Shown here: positions 32,606 through 47,227 of the stretch, piece after piece
How positions within the stretch are numbered: the stretch's first letter is position 1
Layout of the letters: every line of letters starts with the position of its first letter
Assembly (NCBI RefSeq): GCF_009914755.1
Contig: NC_060940.1
Origin: the human T2T-CHM13v2.0 reference genome, Homo sapiens
Direction: 5' to 3' (one strand)
Length of the DNA: 64,000 bases
Made by a program: the position numbers and the translations under genes
Notes under the pieces: generated by a model
The model's database searches: none
Told to the model about the DNA's origin: nothing
Seen by the model: the letters and a program-made list of their open reading frames with translations, nothing else

Positions 32606-33377
32606 CTACACTCTAGCCTGGGCGACAGAGCGAGACTCTGTCTCAAAAAAAAAAAAAGAAAGCCAACCTTCAATCACTTCAGCATCCTGGACAGTTCCGA
32701 GCACATTGCAGGCATAATAGCTGTTTGAGGGCAATAAATAGCAGTCCTCAAAGCCATTGAGCAAATACCTGCTTCCCCTCTGGGGCACTCTGCATGGGAC
32801 AAGCAGCTTGGTCTTGGATGCTGGCATTTTGCTAAGCACTTTCTCTTGGTCTTGTTTGGAGTGCTGTTGTGCTGCTTCCTTGTACAGGTATTTATCTATT
32901 CCAGAAATCCCTACTGATCACCTACATTGTGGCAGGCTCCAGGGTAGGTGCACCTAAGGATGCACAGGTGAAGGGGTTATCACATAGTGCCTTCAGGGGC
33001 CTAAAAGGTAACATAAGGTGCAGTAGGCTGGGTAGAGACCGAAGTGAACTGGAGAGCCTTGTCTAAATGTGGAGGCTGCTTCTCATTCCTAGCACATTCA
33101 TGCAGTGTGGCCATGTGGGCCCAGGATTGCTGAATTTTCCTTTTCACTTTTTTCGAGAAGAAGTCAGAAATCTTCATTTTCATATGGAATTGCTTGATAA
33201 TTAAATGTTGGCAGCCAATCTGAATTTATTTTTGAAAACACAGTGCCGTAGGCCTAGAGATTCAATCTGGCCTGTGGGTCGCAAGTCAGCAACATTGATA
33301 AAAGAGATAATTTTTAGAATACAGACTCTGTGTTAATGGTATATGGAAGCCAAAAAAGTACCTCTCTGACCACCCCA

Positions 33378-33379
<2 letters not shown>

Positions 33380-33423
<44 letters not shown>
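33380..33423. repeat. (GT)n microsatellite
   Basis: Direct reading. Confidence 0.95.
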
Positions 33424-33425
<2 letters not shown>

Positions 33426-34939
33426 TGAGAGGAGAGGAGGTGATGCTGAATTTTAATTTTTTTGAGACAAAGTCTCACTCTGTTGCCCAAGGGAGTGCAG
33501 TGGCACAATGATGGCTCACTGCACCCTTGATCCCCTGGGCTCAAGCAATCCTCTCACGTCAGCCTAAGTAACTAGGACTACACACTTGGCTAATTAAAAA
33601 AACTTTTTGTAGAGAAGGGGGGTCTCACTGTGTTGCCCAGGCTGGTCTCGAACTCCTGAGCTCCGTTAATCATTCTGCCTCAGCCTCCTAAAGTGCTGGG
33701 ATTGTAGGCATGAGCCATGGCGCTTGACCGACCAGATGCTGAATCTTGGAGAACAGCTGGCGATGAAGAAGAAACAGTGTTCCAGGCAGAAAGAGGTGCA
33801 CAGGAAGATGCTGCCTCTAGGGAACTGTAAATATTGGCACCCACTCTCCTGGAGTGAAGAATGCCATGTGTGAGGCTGGAGAGGTGGGCAGAGTTTTTTC
33901 CAGGAGCCTGAACTGTGTTCTGGAGTGGGGTTCCTGGAAGGGCTTTACACAGAGGGATATGATTCCAGGGAAGTATCTACCTGGACAAAAGAGGAGGAGA
34001 GGGTGACTGACAGGAGAGGAAGGGATGAGGGAGCATAAGCATCTTTCCCAGATTCTTCAGGGCCTTTAGAAAATAAACATGATGATATAGAGTCCCCTTC
34101 GTATTCCAGTCCCATTGGAACGAGTCACCAAGTCCTTTGATCTGGAAGTGACTTCAGAAGACACCTTGTTCACAGTCCTTGAAGACATAGTCTGGCCGGC
34201 AGAATTCCCAACTCATGTTGTCCATAGCAGATATCACCAATAGATGACTGCATTTTCCCTCCATGGAGCCCTCACAGAGCTCATCACATGGTGCTCAGGC
34301 AGTCAAACCAAAGGATCAGAATCAGTCAGCAGAGGAGATGAGTTCTCTATGCCATCTCACATTTATCCCCAAAGCCCAGGGAGGCTGTGTAATTTGTTCA
34401 AGGTGACACAGCAAGTATGTGGCAGAGCAGGGGCTCGAATTCAGGCCTCTGATCTTTAAGGCCTGTGTTTCCCCCTCCACATCAGTGTTTCAGGAGGTGG
34501 AAGACTTGAAGCACTGGGAAGCTGTCTTGCATTGCATTAAACAACATTGCCACATAGGGAGGAAATCATGCTTCCCTTTTCAACTCTCCATTAGTACTTC
34601 TAAATACCTCAAGAAGGAAGTGTCAATTTAACCCTGTATAATACATTTTATATTCTCTCTCTCTCTCTTTTTTTTCAAGAGGCCAGGGGTTCAGATATTG
34701 TTGGCGGACAAATCTAGCTAGGATTCAACAATATTGTTTTATTTTTATTTTGCGGCTCCTATTTAATGCTTGCTTATGGCAAGTCTGCCGGCTTTCCATT
34801 TTTGGAAACTTCCATTTTAAATTTTCTATTTTTAAATGCATTTACTTTGGTAGTGCAAGAGTGATCTAATTTTAAGGAAATATCTTAAAGAGGACCACAC
34901 ATGATACACACAAGGGGATGGCAAAGTTGTGTGCATCCT

Positions 34940-35240
34940 GCGCGGACGCCCGAGATGTGGGAAATCCGGGGAGGGGCCCCGTGTGAGGGTGCTGCCCCTT
35001 TGCCTCCTGCAGGAGCTGTCCGCGGAGCAGATCGCCTCCCTGGGTCCGGAGAACGCCGCGGCGGTGACCCACGCCCAGCGCCGGCGGCTCAGTCCACTGC
35101 AGCTGCAGAGCCTCCAGCAGGCGCTAGATGGCGCCAAGACTCACTCCTGGCAGGACGCGCCCGCTAGCGCCGGTCCCACTAGAACCTCATCCTCGCGTTC
35201 TCCCGCAGGTGAGCAGAGCCGCCCTCTGCCCCGCGTCCCA
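34940..35240. promoter_or_regulatory. Small CpG-rich, GC-rich island over exon 8
   Basis: Dense non-Alu CpGs (e.g. GCGCGGACGCCCGAG, CGCCGCGGCGG, GACGCGCCCGCTAGCGCCGG) in an otherwise CpG-depleted locus. Confidence 0.6.
35013..35208 (+). pseudogene. OTOAP1: OTOA-like exon 8 of 9 (196 nt): [30 protein letters not shown]...SSSRSPA
   Basis: CTGCAG acceptor; G|GTGAGC donor; lies within ORF-track 34929..35501. Confidence 0.92.
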
Positions 35241-35544
35241 GCCCCACTCTCCTTCCTTGTCCTCCCTGTCAGGCCTGGGGTGGGGAGGTTCTTAAGATTC
35301 AGAGCGAGGTCTCTGACAGTCACTGGGGATTCTGCCCTCAGTGAAAAACCCAAAGTCCCTATCAAGCTTCCCTACCAAGCTTCAGAATTAGTGATTCTCA
35401 ACTATGGCTGCCCTTGGGTGGGGGGCATTAAACATCTTCCAGTTCTCCCGCCCCTACCCAGAACGCATAACATCAGAAACTCAGGACTAATTTCATTTTA
35501 GCCGCTCCTTTGCAAACTCCCTCCTCACTATCCAATAATAATGA

Positions 35545-35676
<132 letters not shown>

Positions 35677-36722
35677 TAGCTAGGATCATAGGTGTGTGCC
35701 ACCACACCTGGTTAATTTTTGTATTTTTAGTAGAGATGGGGCTTCACCATGTTGGCCAAGCTGGTCTTGAACTCCTGACCTCAGGTCATCTGCCTACCTC
35801 AGCCTCCCAAAGTGTTGGGATTACAGGCGCGAGCCACCAAGCCTGGCCTGTCCAATATTAATTAATTCAACCCATGTTTACTGGGCACCTACTATGTTCC
35901 AAGTCTGCAGTAGGGGCTGGGAATACAGAGGTGTGCAAGATAGATAAGGCCCTCTTGTAAATGAAGAAGATATTTCAAATCTGACAAGACCAGGGAGGGT
36001 GATAGTGACTGAGGGCTGAGCTAAGATAGAGAAGCCTCCCCAGGGAGTGGCATTGGATCCTGGGAACATGGCCTTCTTTCCTTTTTCTCCCCCATGCCTT
36101 TCTTACAGCTCTCCCCATTTCCCCTTCACTTTCTCACTTCTTTGTGGTACCTTCTGTTCTTAACACCACATTTGGACCATGCTCTGGGGAGATAGCTTCT
36201 AACAAGATGGGGAACAGAGATGTTCCCTACCCTCATTGAGCTCTCAGTGCAGCCTGGCGGGGAGGGAAGACATGTACCCTGGTGAACATGAGGCAGGTGC
36301 TGGGTGCTGAGATGGGGAACACACATGGGTCAGGAAACCTCCTAAAGTCAGTGATGTCTCAGGTGAGACACAAGGTGAGAAGAAGATGGGCTTAGCGAGG
36401 TAGACAGTGTCTCAGGAGTAGGTACCGGCATGGGCAAGTGCCCAGAGAAGTCAGAGGACTTGGTGCTTGACTAAAACCTCCACTCCACCTTTTCCTGACT
36501 TGAATGTCTCCCTGTCCTGCCTTCACATAGGGATGGTGAATTGGAGTATTCCCCATTTCTGCAGCCACAAGTGGCCAGAGGTGGCACTTGAAAACATAAA
36601 TCATGCCTTTTGATGTATTATATTATTACTTTAAAACACTTTTCATTGAGGCTGGGCACATTGGCTCATGCCTGTAATCCTAGCACTTTGGGAGGCCGAG
36701 GTGGGCGGATCACCTGAGGTCA

Positions 36723-36995
<273 letters not shown>

Positions 36996-37684
36996 TTATT
37001 TGTAAATGTTATAGCATTTTGCATGAATAGATAATATGTGCAATAGATAATGCACAGGGTTCCGAATATGTAAAGTCTGCAAGGCATGTGGTGAAATCTT
37101 TTCCTCCAGCCCCTGTCCCCCAGCCACCCTGTTCCCTCCCCAGAGGCAACCAATGTTAGCAGCTTCTTGTGTATTTGTCCAGAGATATTCTATGCATACA
37201 CAGCAAATCAAATATAGATGATCTCTGCACTTTTCACAAAAGCTTATTATACACCTTATTCTGCACCTTGTATTTTTCACCTAACCATATACTTTGGAGG
37301 GAGTTCTGTATCTGTGCACAGGAGCTGTGCCATTGTTGGTTTTATGGCTATGCCGTAACTGTATTCAACCAGAGGTCTGTAGATGGACCTTGCAGTTGTT
37401 TCTATTTTTTTTTTTTTTTGCTGTTATGAACAATGCTGCAGCTCCTGACCTGATATAATTTGCATCTGTGCAGTATGTCTGTAGGATAAACTCTTCAAAG
37501 TGAGATTGCTAGATCACAGGGTCTGCATTTATAATTTTGATGGATGTTGGTTGGATGTGGCAGCTTATGCCTGTAATCCCAGCACTTTGGGAGGCTGAGG
37601 CAAGTGGATCACTTGGGGTTAGAAGTTTGAGATGAGCCTGGCCAACATGGTGAAACCCCGTCTCTACTAAAAATGCAAAAATTA

Positions 37685-37981
<297 letters not shown>

Positions 37982-38194
37982 TCATTCACCCCAAGGGCCT
38001 AAGTGAGGGCTGCCATTGGATGAACCCTTCCTATGGACCAGAGCCCTAATCTTTTCTTTCCTAAAGTTGCTTAATTATCAGAATCACCTGGGAGAGATGC
38101 TTAAAATACAACAAATTCCTGGGTCTCCTGGCAGACTTGCTAAATCAGAATCTCTAGGGGATCCTGGAATTGGTGTTTCTAACAAGCTCCCTAG

Positions 38195-38473
<279 letters not shown>

Positions 38474-38639
38474 GTGGCCTGAGCACATCGTCCTGTGTTG
38501 CCCCAAGCAGCTGGCCAACGTGTGTAGAGACAGGATGCTCCAGATGGTGGGACACCGTTCCCTGGATCCAGACCCTCATCTAGGGCAAGGAAACCCTGGG
38601 GCCTTGATGGTGAAAATGCACCCCAAATGAAAAATAATT

Positions 38640-38645
38640 ATTAAA
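38640..38645 (+). terminator. Probable polyadenylation signal ATTAAA of the OTOA-like 3' UTR
   Basis: ATTAAA about 170 nt after the stop, followed by T-rich sequence; a possible distal AATAAA pair lies at ~39947-39960. Confidence 0.6.
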
Positions 38646-38872
38646 AATGATCTTGCAAATTATTTTTAATTTTTTTAAATTTTAATTTTCGTTAGTACAT
38701 AGTAGGTATATATATTTATGGGGTACATGAGATGTTTTGATACAGGCATGCGATGTGTAATAATCACATCATGTAAAATGGGGTATCCATTACCTCAAAC
38801 CTTTATCCTTTGTGTTACAAACAATCCAATTGTACTCTTTCAGTTATTTTAAAATGTGCGATTAAATTACTA

Positions 38873-39159
<287 letters not shown>

Positions 39160-40520
39160 TCAAAAAAAAAAAAAAAATTACTGTTGACTATAGTCATCCT
39201 GTTGTGCTATGGAAAAGTAGGTCTTACTCATCTTTCTGTTTTTTTTGTACCCGTTAACCATCTGCCTCCTCCCCACCAACTCTCCCATTACCCTTCCCAG
39301 CCTCTGTTCACTCTCCTTCTACTCTATCTCCATGGGTTTAATTGTTTTGATTTTTGATTTTGCAAATTCTTAAGCCCACTCATCTCCTCAGCAGGAAGCC
39401 CTTCTCTGTCCCATTGCAGCCTCTTTTGTTTTCCAGCTTGGAGACAGAGAACCTGTGGGGAAGGAAGGGTGTTTTCTGTTAACAGCACGAGACCCTTACA
39501 ATCAAGTTGCTGCCCTCACTTTAGAGAGATACCAGAGAGAGGCAGTGCAAGAAAAGGCACCATTTTAGCCAGGGCCTCATCTAGTTTCTACTTGGGCTTA
39601 ATTTCACTTTCTTGAAGCTACAGGCTACATTGGATTTCTCCTCTACGATATTTAGCAGAGCTGAAATAAATGAATCCCTGAGCAGAAGCCAATATTCTTG
39701 CCTGATTGCTGGGACTAATTGATGTTTTGGTGGGCATTGCATTGGTTGGAAGTTAAAACATTTAACATGGCTCAACGTTAAATCAATTTAAAAATACATT
39801 TTTCAGGTGTCTTCCATTTCCTTGGGACTCAGCTGAATGGATGGCTGTGAAGTTATCATTAAACTCTCAAAATATTCCCTGTTTTTGGTGGAGATGGTGG
39901 TGGCTCTTCTGGTTTTAAGTTGCTCTGGGCTTTGGGGAATTGGTTGAAATAAAAAATAAAAGTACATTGGGTAAGTCAGTCACTGATGTGATCCTGGCGG
40001 GCTGAGAAAACTCCACCCACTGGCTCGATCCTGCTAGAATGAAGTTACTTCCGGGAATTGCCAGGATGCTTTTAGCCTTAGGTTTAGGAAGTCAGGGCTC
40101 AGGGAAGGGGGGCAGCAGTGGTGTTTGCAAACACCTTCTCGAAGACAGCATCACAGCTGCTTGTCAGGGCGTTTCCCTGGTGGCATCCTAGGTGCTTCTG
40201 TTCTGCCATCAGCACACCTTGGGTTCTCCTCCTAGTCACCTATCCACAGTAGACATCTCATCTGGAGGTAAGAAAACTGCATGTTTCCGAAAATCTTGGT
40301 GTCCCTAAAAGGCGGTGGATTTTACAAAGCGTCATGAGTAGGTGTTGCAGAGGCTGGAGTGTATTTTCAGAGGTCACGTGGTTTTATAGAAAACTAAGAC
40401 TGCAGTGTGAAAGGTGTGATCCTGTGATCCTGCACGTGTTATTTAATGTCTGACTTGGTTTTCCTTCATCCTGGCAGGGAAGTAGCAGCAAATGGGTGCT
40501 CCTCAGGTACAGAACATTAA

Positions 40521-40646
<126 letters not shown>

Positions 40647-42233
40647 TGAGTAGCTGGGATTACAGGCATGCGCCACCATGCCCAGCTAAGTTTTGCATTT
40701 TTGGTGGAGACGGGATTTCACCACGTTGGCCAGGCTGGTCTTGAACTCCTGGCCTCAAGTGATCCGCCTGCCTTGGCCTCCTAAAGTGCTGAGATTACAG
40801 GCATGAGCCACCGTGCTTGGCCCAGAGCATTAATTTTCTTACAAACAGCAGCCCCCAGTTTAGCTGGGCTGGACCAGCTGCTTGGAGAGGGGTTCTTGAT
40901 GAAAACGTGTCTGCACAGACTCCCATGAGGATGTCCTTGGATCTCAATCGGTATTCTCACTTTCTGCCAGTCTTGGATTATCCTGGACAAGAAAAAGCAA
41001 ACAGTAACAAAATCCACTCTCCTGCGAGTCAGGCTTCACACTGCCGACTTCATGTAGCTTTTGTATTTCATCTCTCTTTCTGGTCATTTGTTTCTGATCT
41101 AATTCCTGTTTCTTTCCTCCCATCTTGAATAATGACTCCCATTACAGAGGGCTGACTCTGGGTCAGGCTGTCTAAGGGCTTTCACTGTGTCATTAGCTCA
41201 TTTCATTGTGGCCATGCTCCTGCCAGGTAGGCACTGTTAGGATTCCCATTTTCCAGATGAGGGGACTGAGTGTGAGAGAGGTTAAGGAGCTCTTGTCTAA
41301 GCTTCCCAGATAGGACAAATTTGAATCCTGACTTCTTTATCTCTGCACTGTGCTGCCTCCTGGACAGGTGTCCTTTAACTTCTCTAATAAGTCAGATCAG
41401 AGAGAGATTCTGTAAATCCCTTCACCTCCTCCTCTGGTGGGAGGACAGTTTGCCTCACAGCACATATAATTGGTGATCGCCCCAGGCAGGAAGACAAATC
41501 TAGCTGATGCCCTGCAGGAACCCCAGGGTCTCAGGTTGAAATGCACAGTCCTTTGCATGCAGGAAAGCAGCAGGTCACGCTGGCAGGTGCTGCTCCCATT
41601 CACCTTTCAATGTCAGCTCTCCTGATGGATTTCTAGCCTCCATCCTTCACAGCCCTCCTCAGCTGGAGGCAGGGATCACTGGCACTTGTATGCAGATCAC
41701 AGCATGTTGGCTCTGGTTCTTATCAGTCAGGACCTGTGCCATTCTGGCTTCTAAATTTTTTGAATATCACCCCAGTTAGATCCTTTTGCAGAATCTCTAC
41801 CTTCAGGCCCGCTCCAGACACCAAGCCTGGCTTGATGGGGGCTGCAACTTCAGCCTAACATCCAGTGGAACTTACAATGAAGTTATCCTCTCTAGTCCTG
41901 GTACCCAGGGGTTCAGCCACAGCTGCTTGTGATGGGCTGTACTACCAAACAGAGGTTACTGTGTCTTGGGGCATGTGTGTGCTTACTCTGCTTTACTGAA
42001 GTCATGGAAGAGAGTTACAACACAGTAAACAACTTAATATTCAATACTAGGCATTTTTTGTCCTTAAAAGTCCTTTGCCCACTTTTGCCTCTTGAGGGGC
42101 CTTTAGAAATATTGGGCCAGGCGTGGTGGCTCATACCTATAATCTTAGCACTTTGGGAGGCTGAGGCAGGAGGATCACTTGAGGCCAGGAGTTCATGTCC
42201 AGCATGGGCAACATAGGGAAATCCTGTCCCTAC

Positions 42234-42269
<36 letters not shown>

Positions 42270-42453
42270 TGGGGGCAGTGGGTGGGTCACTCCTGTAATC
42301 CCAGTATTTTAGGAGGCTGAGGCGGGCAGGTATCTGAGCTCAGGAGTTCAAGACCAGCCTGGGCAACATGGTGAAACCTCGTCTCTAGTAAAATACAAAA
42401 AATTAGCTGGGAGTGGTTGCACGTGCCTGTAGTCCCAGCTACTTGGGAGGCTA

Positions 42454-42564
<111 letters not shown>

Positions 42565-42567
42565 TTA

Positions 42568-43353
<786 letters not shown>

Positions 43354-43945
43354 GGTCGCTTCCCCGATTACTGATTGTTTCAGAAAGAGACATGGGCTTG
43401 GCTGATCCATGGAGATATCTGCAGCTTGCCAGCAGCTGAAGTCTTTATTTGCCTTTATCTCCGTTGTGGCCTCTGATGAGCCAGACTACAGAGATGCTGA
43501 TGAAATCTGGGAGGCAATGGTGGAGGCTGTAGTTTCCCAGGAGAACTCTGGCCCTGGGGAATTCCTTCCAGTCTCTGAGTCCCTGTGGCACATCTCCATG
43601 TGTGGCGGACTAGGTGATTGCTCCTAGTGATTCTGCTTAGTTCCTTTATTAGAATTATAAGCTTTTTGCCATGTGACTTTGTAGTACATCTCAATAGGTA
43701 GAGTCTAATTCCTTGCCCTTCTAACTTTGGGCTTTGGTCATTGGAATGTGAGCAGACACATTTTCCCCCAGCAGAAGTTTTAAATGTGCTGCATGATTTG
43801 ACTTGACCTCTTGGCAATTGCTTCTCATGTGAAGGGACATGTGGAGCAGACCTGAACTCAACCCAAACCTTGGAGCCAAGCTGAGCTCAGCAGAACCTAG
43901 CTGAGCTCAGCCAAGCCAAACCCAGTGTAATCACAGCCAATCTGA

Positions 43946-44179
<234 letters not shown>

Positions 44180-45895
44180 TAATTTTTGTATTTTTTGGTA
44201 GAGACAGGGTTTCGCCATGATGGCCAGGCTGGTCTCAAACTCCTGACCTCAGGTAATCCACCCGCCTTAGCCTCCCAAAGTGCTGGGGTTATAGGCATGA
44301 GCCACCGTGCCAGGCCTAGGGAGTTCCTTGTTATTGTAGCAAAAGCTGTCTTATATATCATGTCATTAACATGCCCACCTTACACAGTGCTGGTCCCATT
44401 CTGATGACAGGAAGATGATACATTTTATCCTTTACCCTTACCATCATTTACTATGTACACTATGCCCATTTGTCAAGCTCTTCTGCCTCCAAAAAGTGCT
44501 ATGGTACTTGATACCCGATAATAGTCTTTAACTTCTGTCATGCACCCATTTATTTCCCATCTTCAAGACCAAGGGTCGTAGAAATCACAGGAAAGCTGGG
44601 GTCAGAACTTATACTCATAACATGGTTGTTCCACCTACTTTGCCATGGCAGACTTTGTATCTCATGGCTCACTTAACTACTTCCCTTGAGCACTCACTGT
44701 TCTAACACTCATTTCCCCCAAATCTACAACTTAGCTTCTCTCCCTGGTGCAGTCAAGGCCCTTTTACCTGGAGTCTCCCAGAAGGATTTTCAGGTCATGT
44801 GCTATATTAGCTCATCCTTAGGGAAGAACGTTCCAATTGAAGAAGCCATCTGACTCTCCCCCAGGTGTGTGGTCATCTTCTCTGCTCATGCTGGAAGATG
44901 GAAGACCCTTTGAAGTAACTTAGTTCAACAAATCTGCCCTTAAGTTGTCTTCCCCCTGGGGATCTGCCCCATCTTCGTCTTCTCCCTGCCACACCAGGTT
45001 CATTGAGAGCTCACTCTCCCCCACGGTCCTCTCTCATGCTCCCTGGCATCTTGCAACAGGGAACTTGAGATGCTGATGGGCAGTTGGGTGGATTCTCAAT
45101 GGTGGCCAGTCCAGCTCCAGGACCTGCCATACTGGCAAGGGTTTTGGGTTGGAGGAATCGGCATGACAACTCACCAGCCTGTATTCCACCCGAATGTAAG
45201 CTTCTGTGGGCAGGAGGCTCATCTGTCTTGTTCGCTGCCATGTTGCTACTGCCAAGCAGTCCCCAGTAGGCTGGTCATGGCTGGTGTCCATTACATATTT
45301 GTGCAGCATATGGGTGAACATACACACGTCCTTTCTGAAACAAAATTGAACTCAGTAGGACACTCACTCAGGCAAAGATTGGGAAGCTTTAGATCCATTC
45401 TGGAGGAGGGGGAGATAGAATCAGAATATATTCATTTAACTAACATTTATGGGGAACCTACTTTTTTGGCAGACCTCATGCTACAGAAACAACAGTACAC
45501 AAAGCCCTGCTTTCATGAAGCTTACAGTCTACCGGGGACTGGGAGAGGCGGACCATAAACACACACATGCACACATATACATGTTCACATCCACACACCC
45601 CTGTATCAGATAGTGATAAATATTATGGAGCAAAGAAATCTGGAGGAAAGGATCGAGAGCTCCAGATGGTGATGGTAGGGATAGGGGTGGTGCAGAACAA
45701 GCTTTAATAAAACATTAGGTGGTCAGTAAAGGCTCTGCCCTCAAGAGGGATACAATCGCTTCTTAAAGGTCCCACCTCTCAATGCTCCCACTTTTGGGAT
45801 TCAGTTTCAACATGAGTTTTGGGGGGTCATTTGAATCAAAGCACATGGTGTCCACCATCAGCTCTAAGTTTACAGCCTAACACTTCCGCAATAAC

Positions 45896-45900
<5 letters not shown>

Positions 45901-45943
<43 letters not shown>
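45901..45943. repeat. (AG)n microsatellite
   Basis: Direct reading. Confidence 0.95.
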
Positions 45944-45946
<3 letters not shown>

Positions 45947-46149
45947 TTCCTAGTTACTTCAGCAAAAGTCCCCAGGTTAGGTCTGATTGGGCTTGCTTGA
46001 GGCAGGTGCCCATTTCTGATCTGACCACTGTGGCCCAGACAATGGTTACACCAATTGGCCAAGGCTAGGTCTGATTACCCTAAATCCTACCACAAATAAC
46101 ATTGACTGAGCAGGAAAGGACTGATTCCAGAAGAGATCAATTACTAACA

Positions 46150-47227
46150 TGTGGTAGGCAGAATTCTGAGATGGCCCCCAAGATCCCTGCTCCCTGGTGT
46201 GCACAATCTGTGCAATCTCCTCCTCTCCAGTGCTGCACAATTAGAGGATGTGATGGAATAGCCCTGCCCTGACTGGGCTACTAGTTAGTTGATTTTGAGT
46301 TAATCAAAAGAGAGAGCATCTGGGTGGGCCTGACCTAATCAGGTGCACCTTTAAAAGGGACTAGGCCCTTCCTGAAGTCAGAGATGCTCAAAGTGTGAGA
46401 AAGCCTATGGAGAGGCCACAGGGCAAGGACCTAGGTTTGTCTTTAGGAGGTGAGAGAGGTCTCTGGTCGATAGCCAGCAAGAAAAAAGACCTCAGTCATA
46501 TTGATGCAGGGTAGATGAACTCCAAACTGGGGCTTAGCCTGTGAGGGTTCTTGGCCTTGCCCAGGAAAGAATTCAAGGGCAAGCTGGAGGTAGAAGAAAA
46601 CAGCTTTACTGAAGCGGTGGTGTTACAGCTCCTGCAGTGTTACAGCTCCATGACGGCTCCTGCAGAGCAGGGCTACCCTGTAACCAGAGAGTGGCATCTC
46701 TGGGCAGTTTTGCAGTCATATTTATACCTGCTTTTAATTATATGCAGATTCAAGGGTGGTTTCTGCAGAACTTTCTAGAGAAGGGGTAGTAACTTTAGGT
46801 CATCAGGTCATTGCCATGGAAAGGGGTGGTAACTCCCAGGTATTGCCGTGTCAATGGTAAACTGACCTGGCACACTGGTGGGTGTGTCTTAGGGAAAGCT
46901 GCTTCCCTCCCAGCTCTGTTTTAGTTAGTCCTGAACTTGGTCCGGTGTCCAAGCCCCACCTCCAGAGTCAAGTCCTGCCTCCTATCTCAAGATAATCAGA
47001 AGGAGCGGAAGTCTGAAAACAACCAATCATCCTGGAAGAAGACCCTGAGCTTTAGATAAGACTACAGCTCCAGCTGACACCTTGATTTCAGCCCCATGAG
47101 ACCCTGAGCAGAGAATCCGGTTGAGCCGTGCTTGGATTTTGACCTATAGAGCTGTGAGATAATACATTTGTGTTGCTTTAGTTGATGCACTTCTGTCAAT
47201 TTGTTACACAGCAATGAGAACTGAATA
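46150..47227 (+). mobile_element. MLT1-type MaLR LTR split by an ERV1 LTR
   Basis: TGTGGTAGGCAGAATTCTGAGATGGCCCCC start; TTTGTTACACAGCAATGAGAACTGAATA end. Confidence 0.7.
46502..46989 (-). mobile_element. ERV1 solo LTR (MER50-like)
   Basis: Minus strand TGAGATAGGAGGCAGGACTTGACTCTGGAGG...CA with TATAAA; imperfect 4-bp TSD ATAT/AGAT. Confidence 0.65.

Noticed and set aside
34078-34180. ATGATGA as a C box of an intronic C/D snoRNA
   Set aside because: No CTGA D box at a suitable distance and no terminal stem.
34929-35501. Longest ORF (190 aa) as a stand-alone gene
   Set aside because: It is exon 8 plus stop-free GC-rich intron on both sides, starting at a non-ATG codon; splice sites at 35013 and 35208 explain it.
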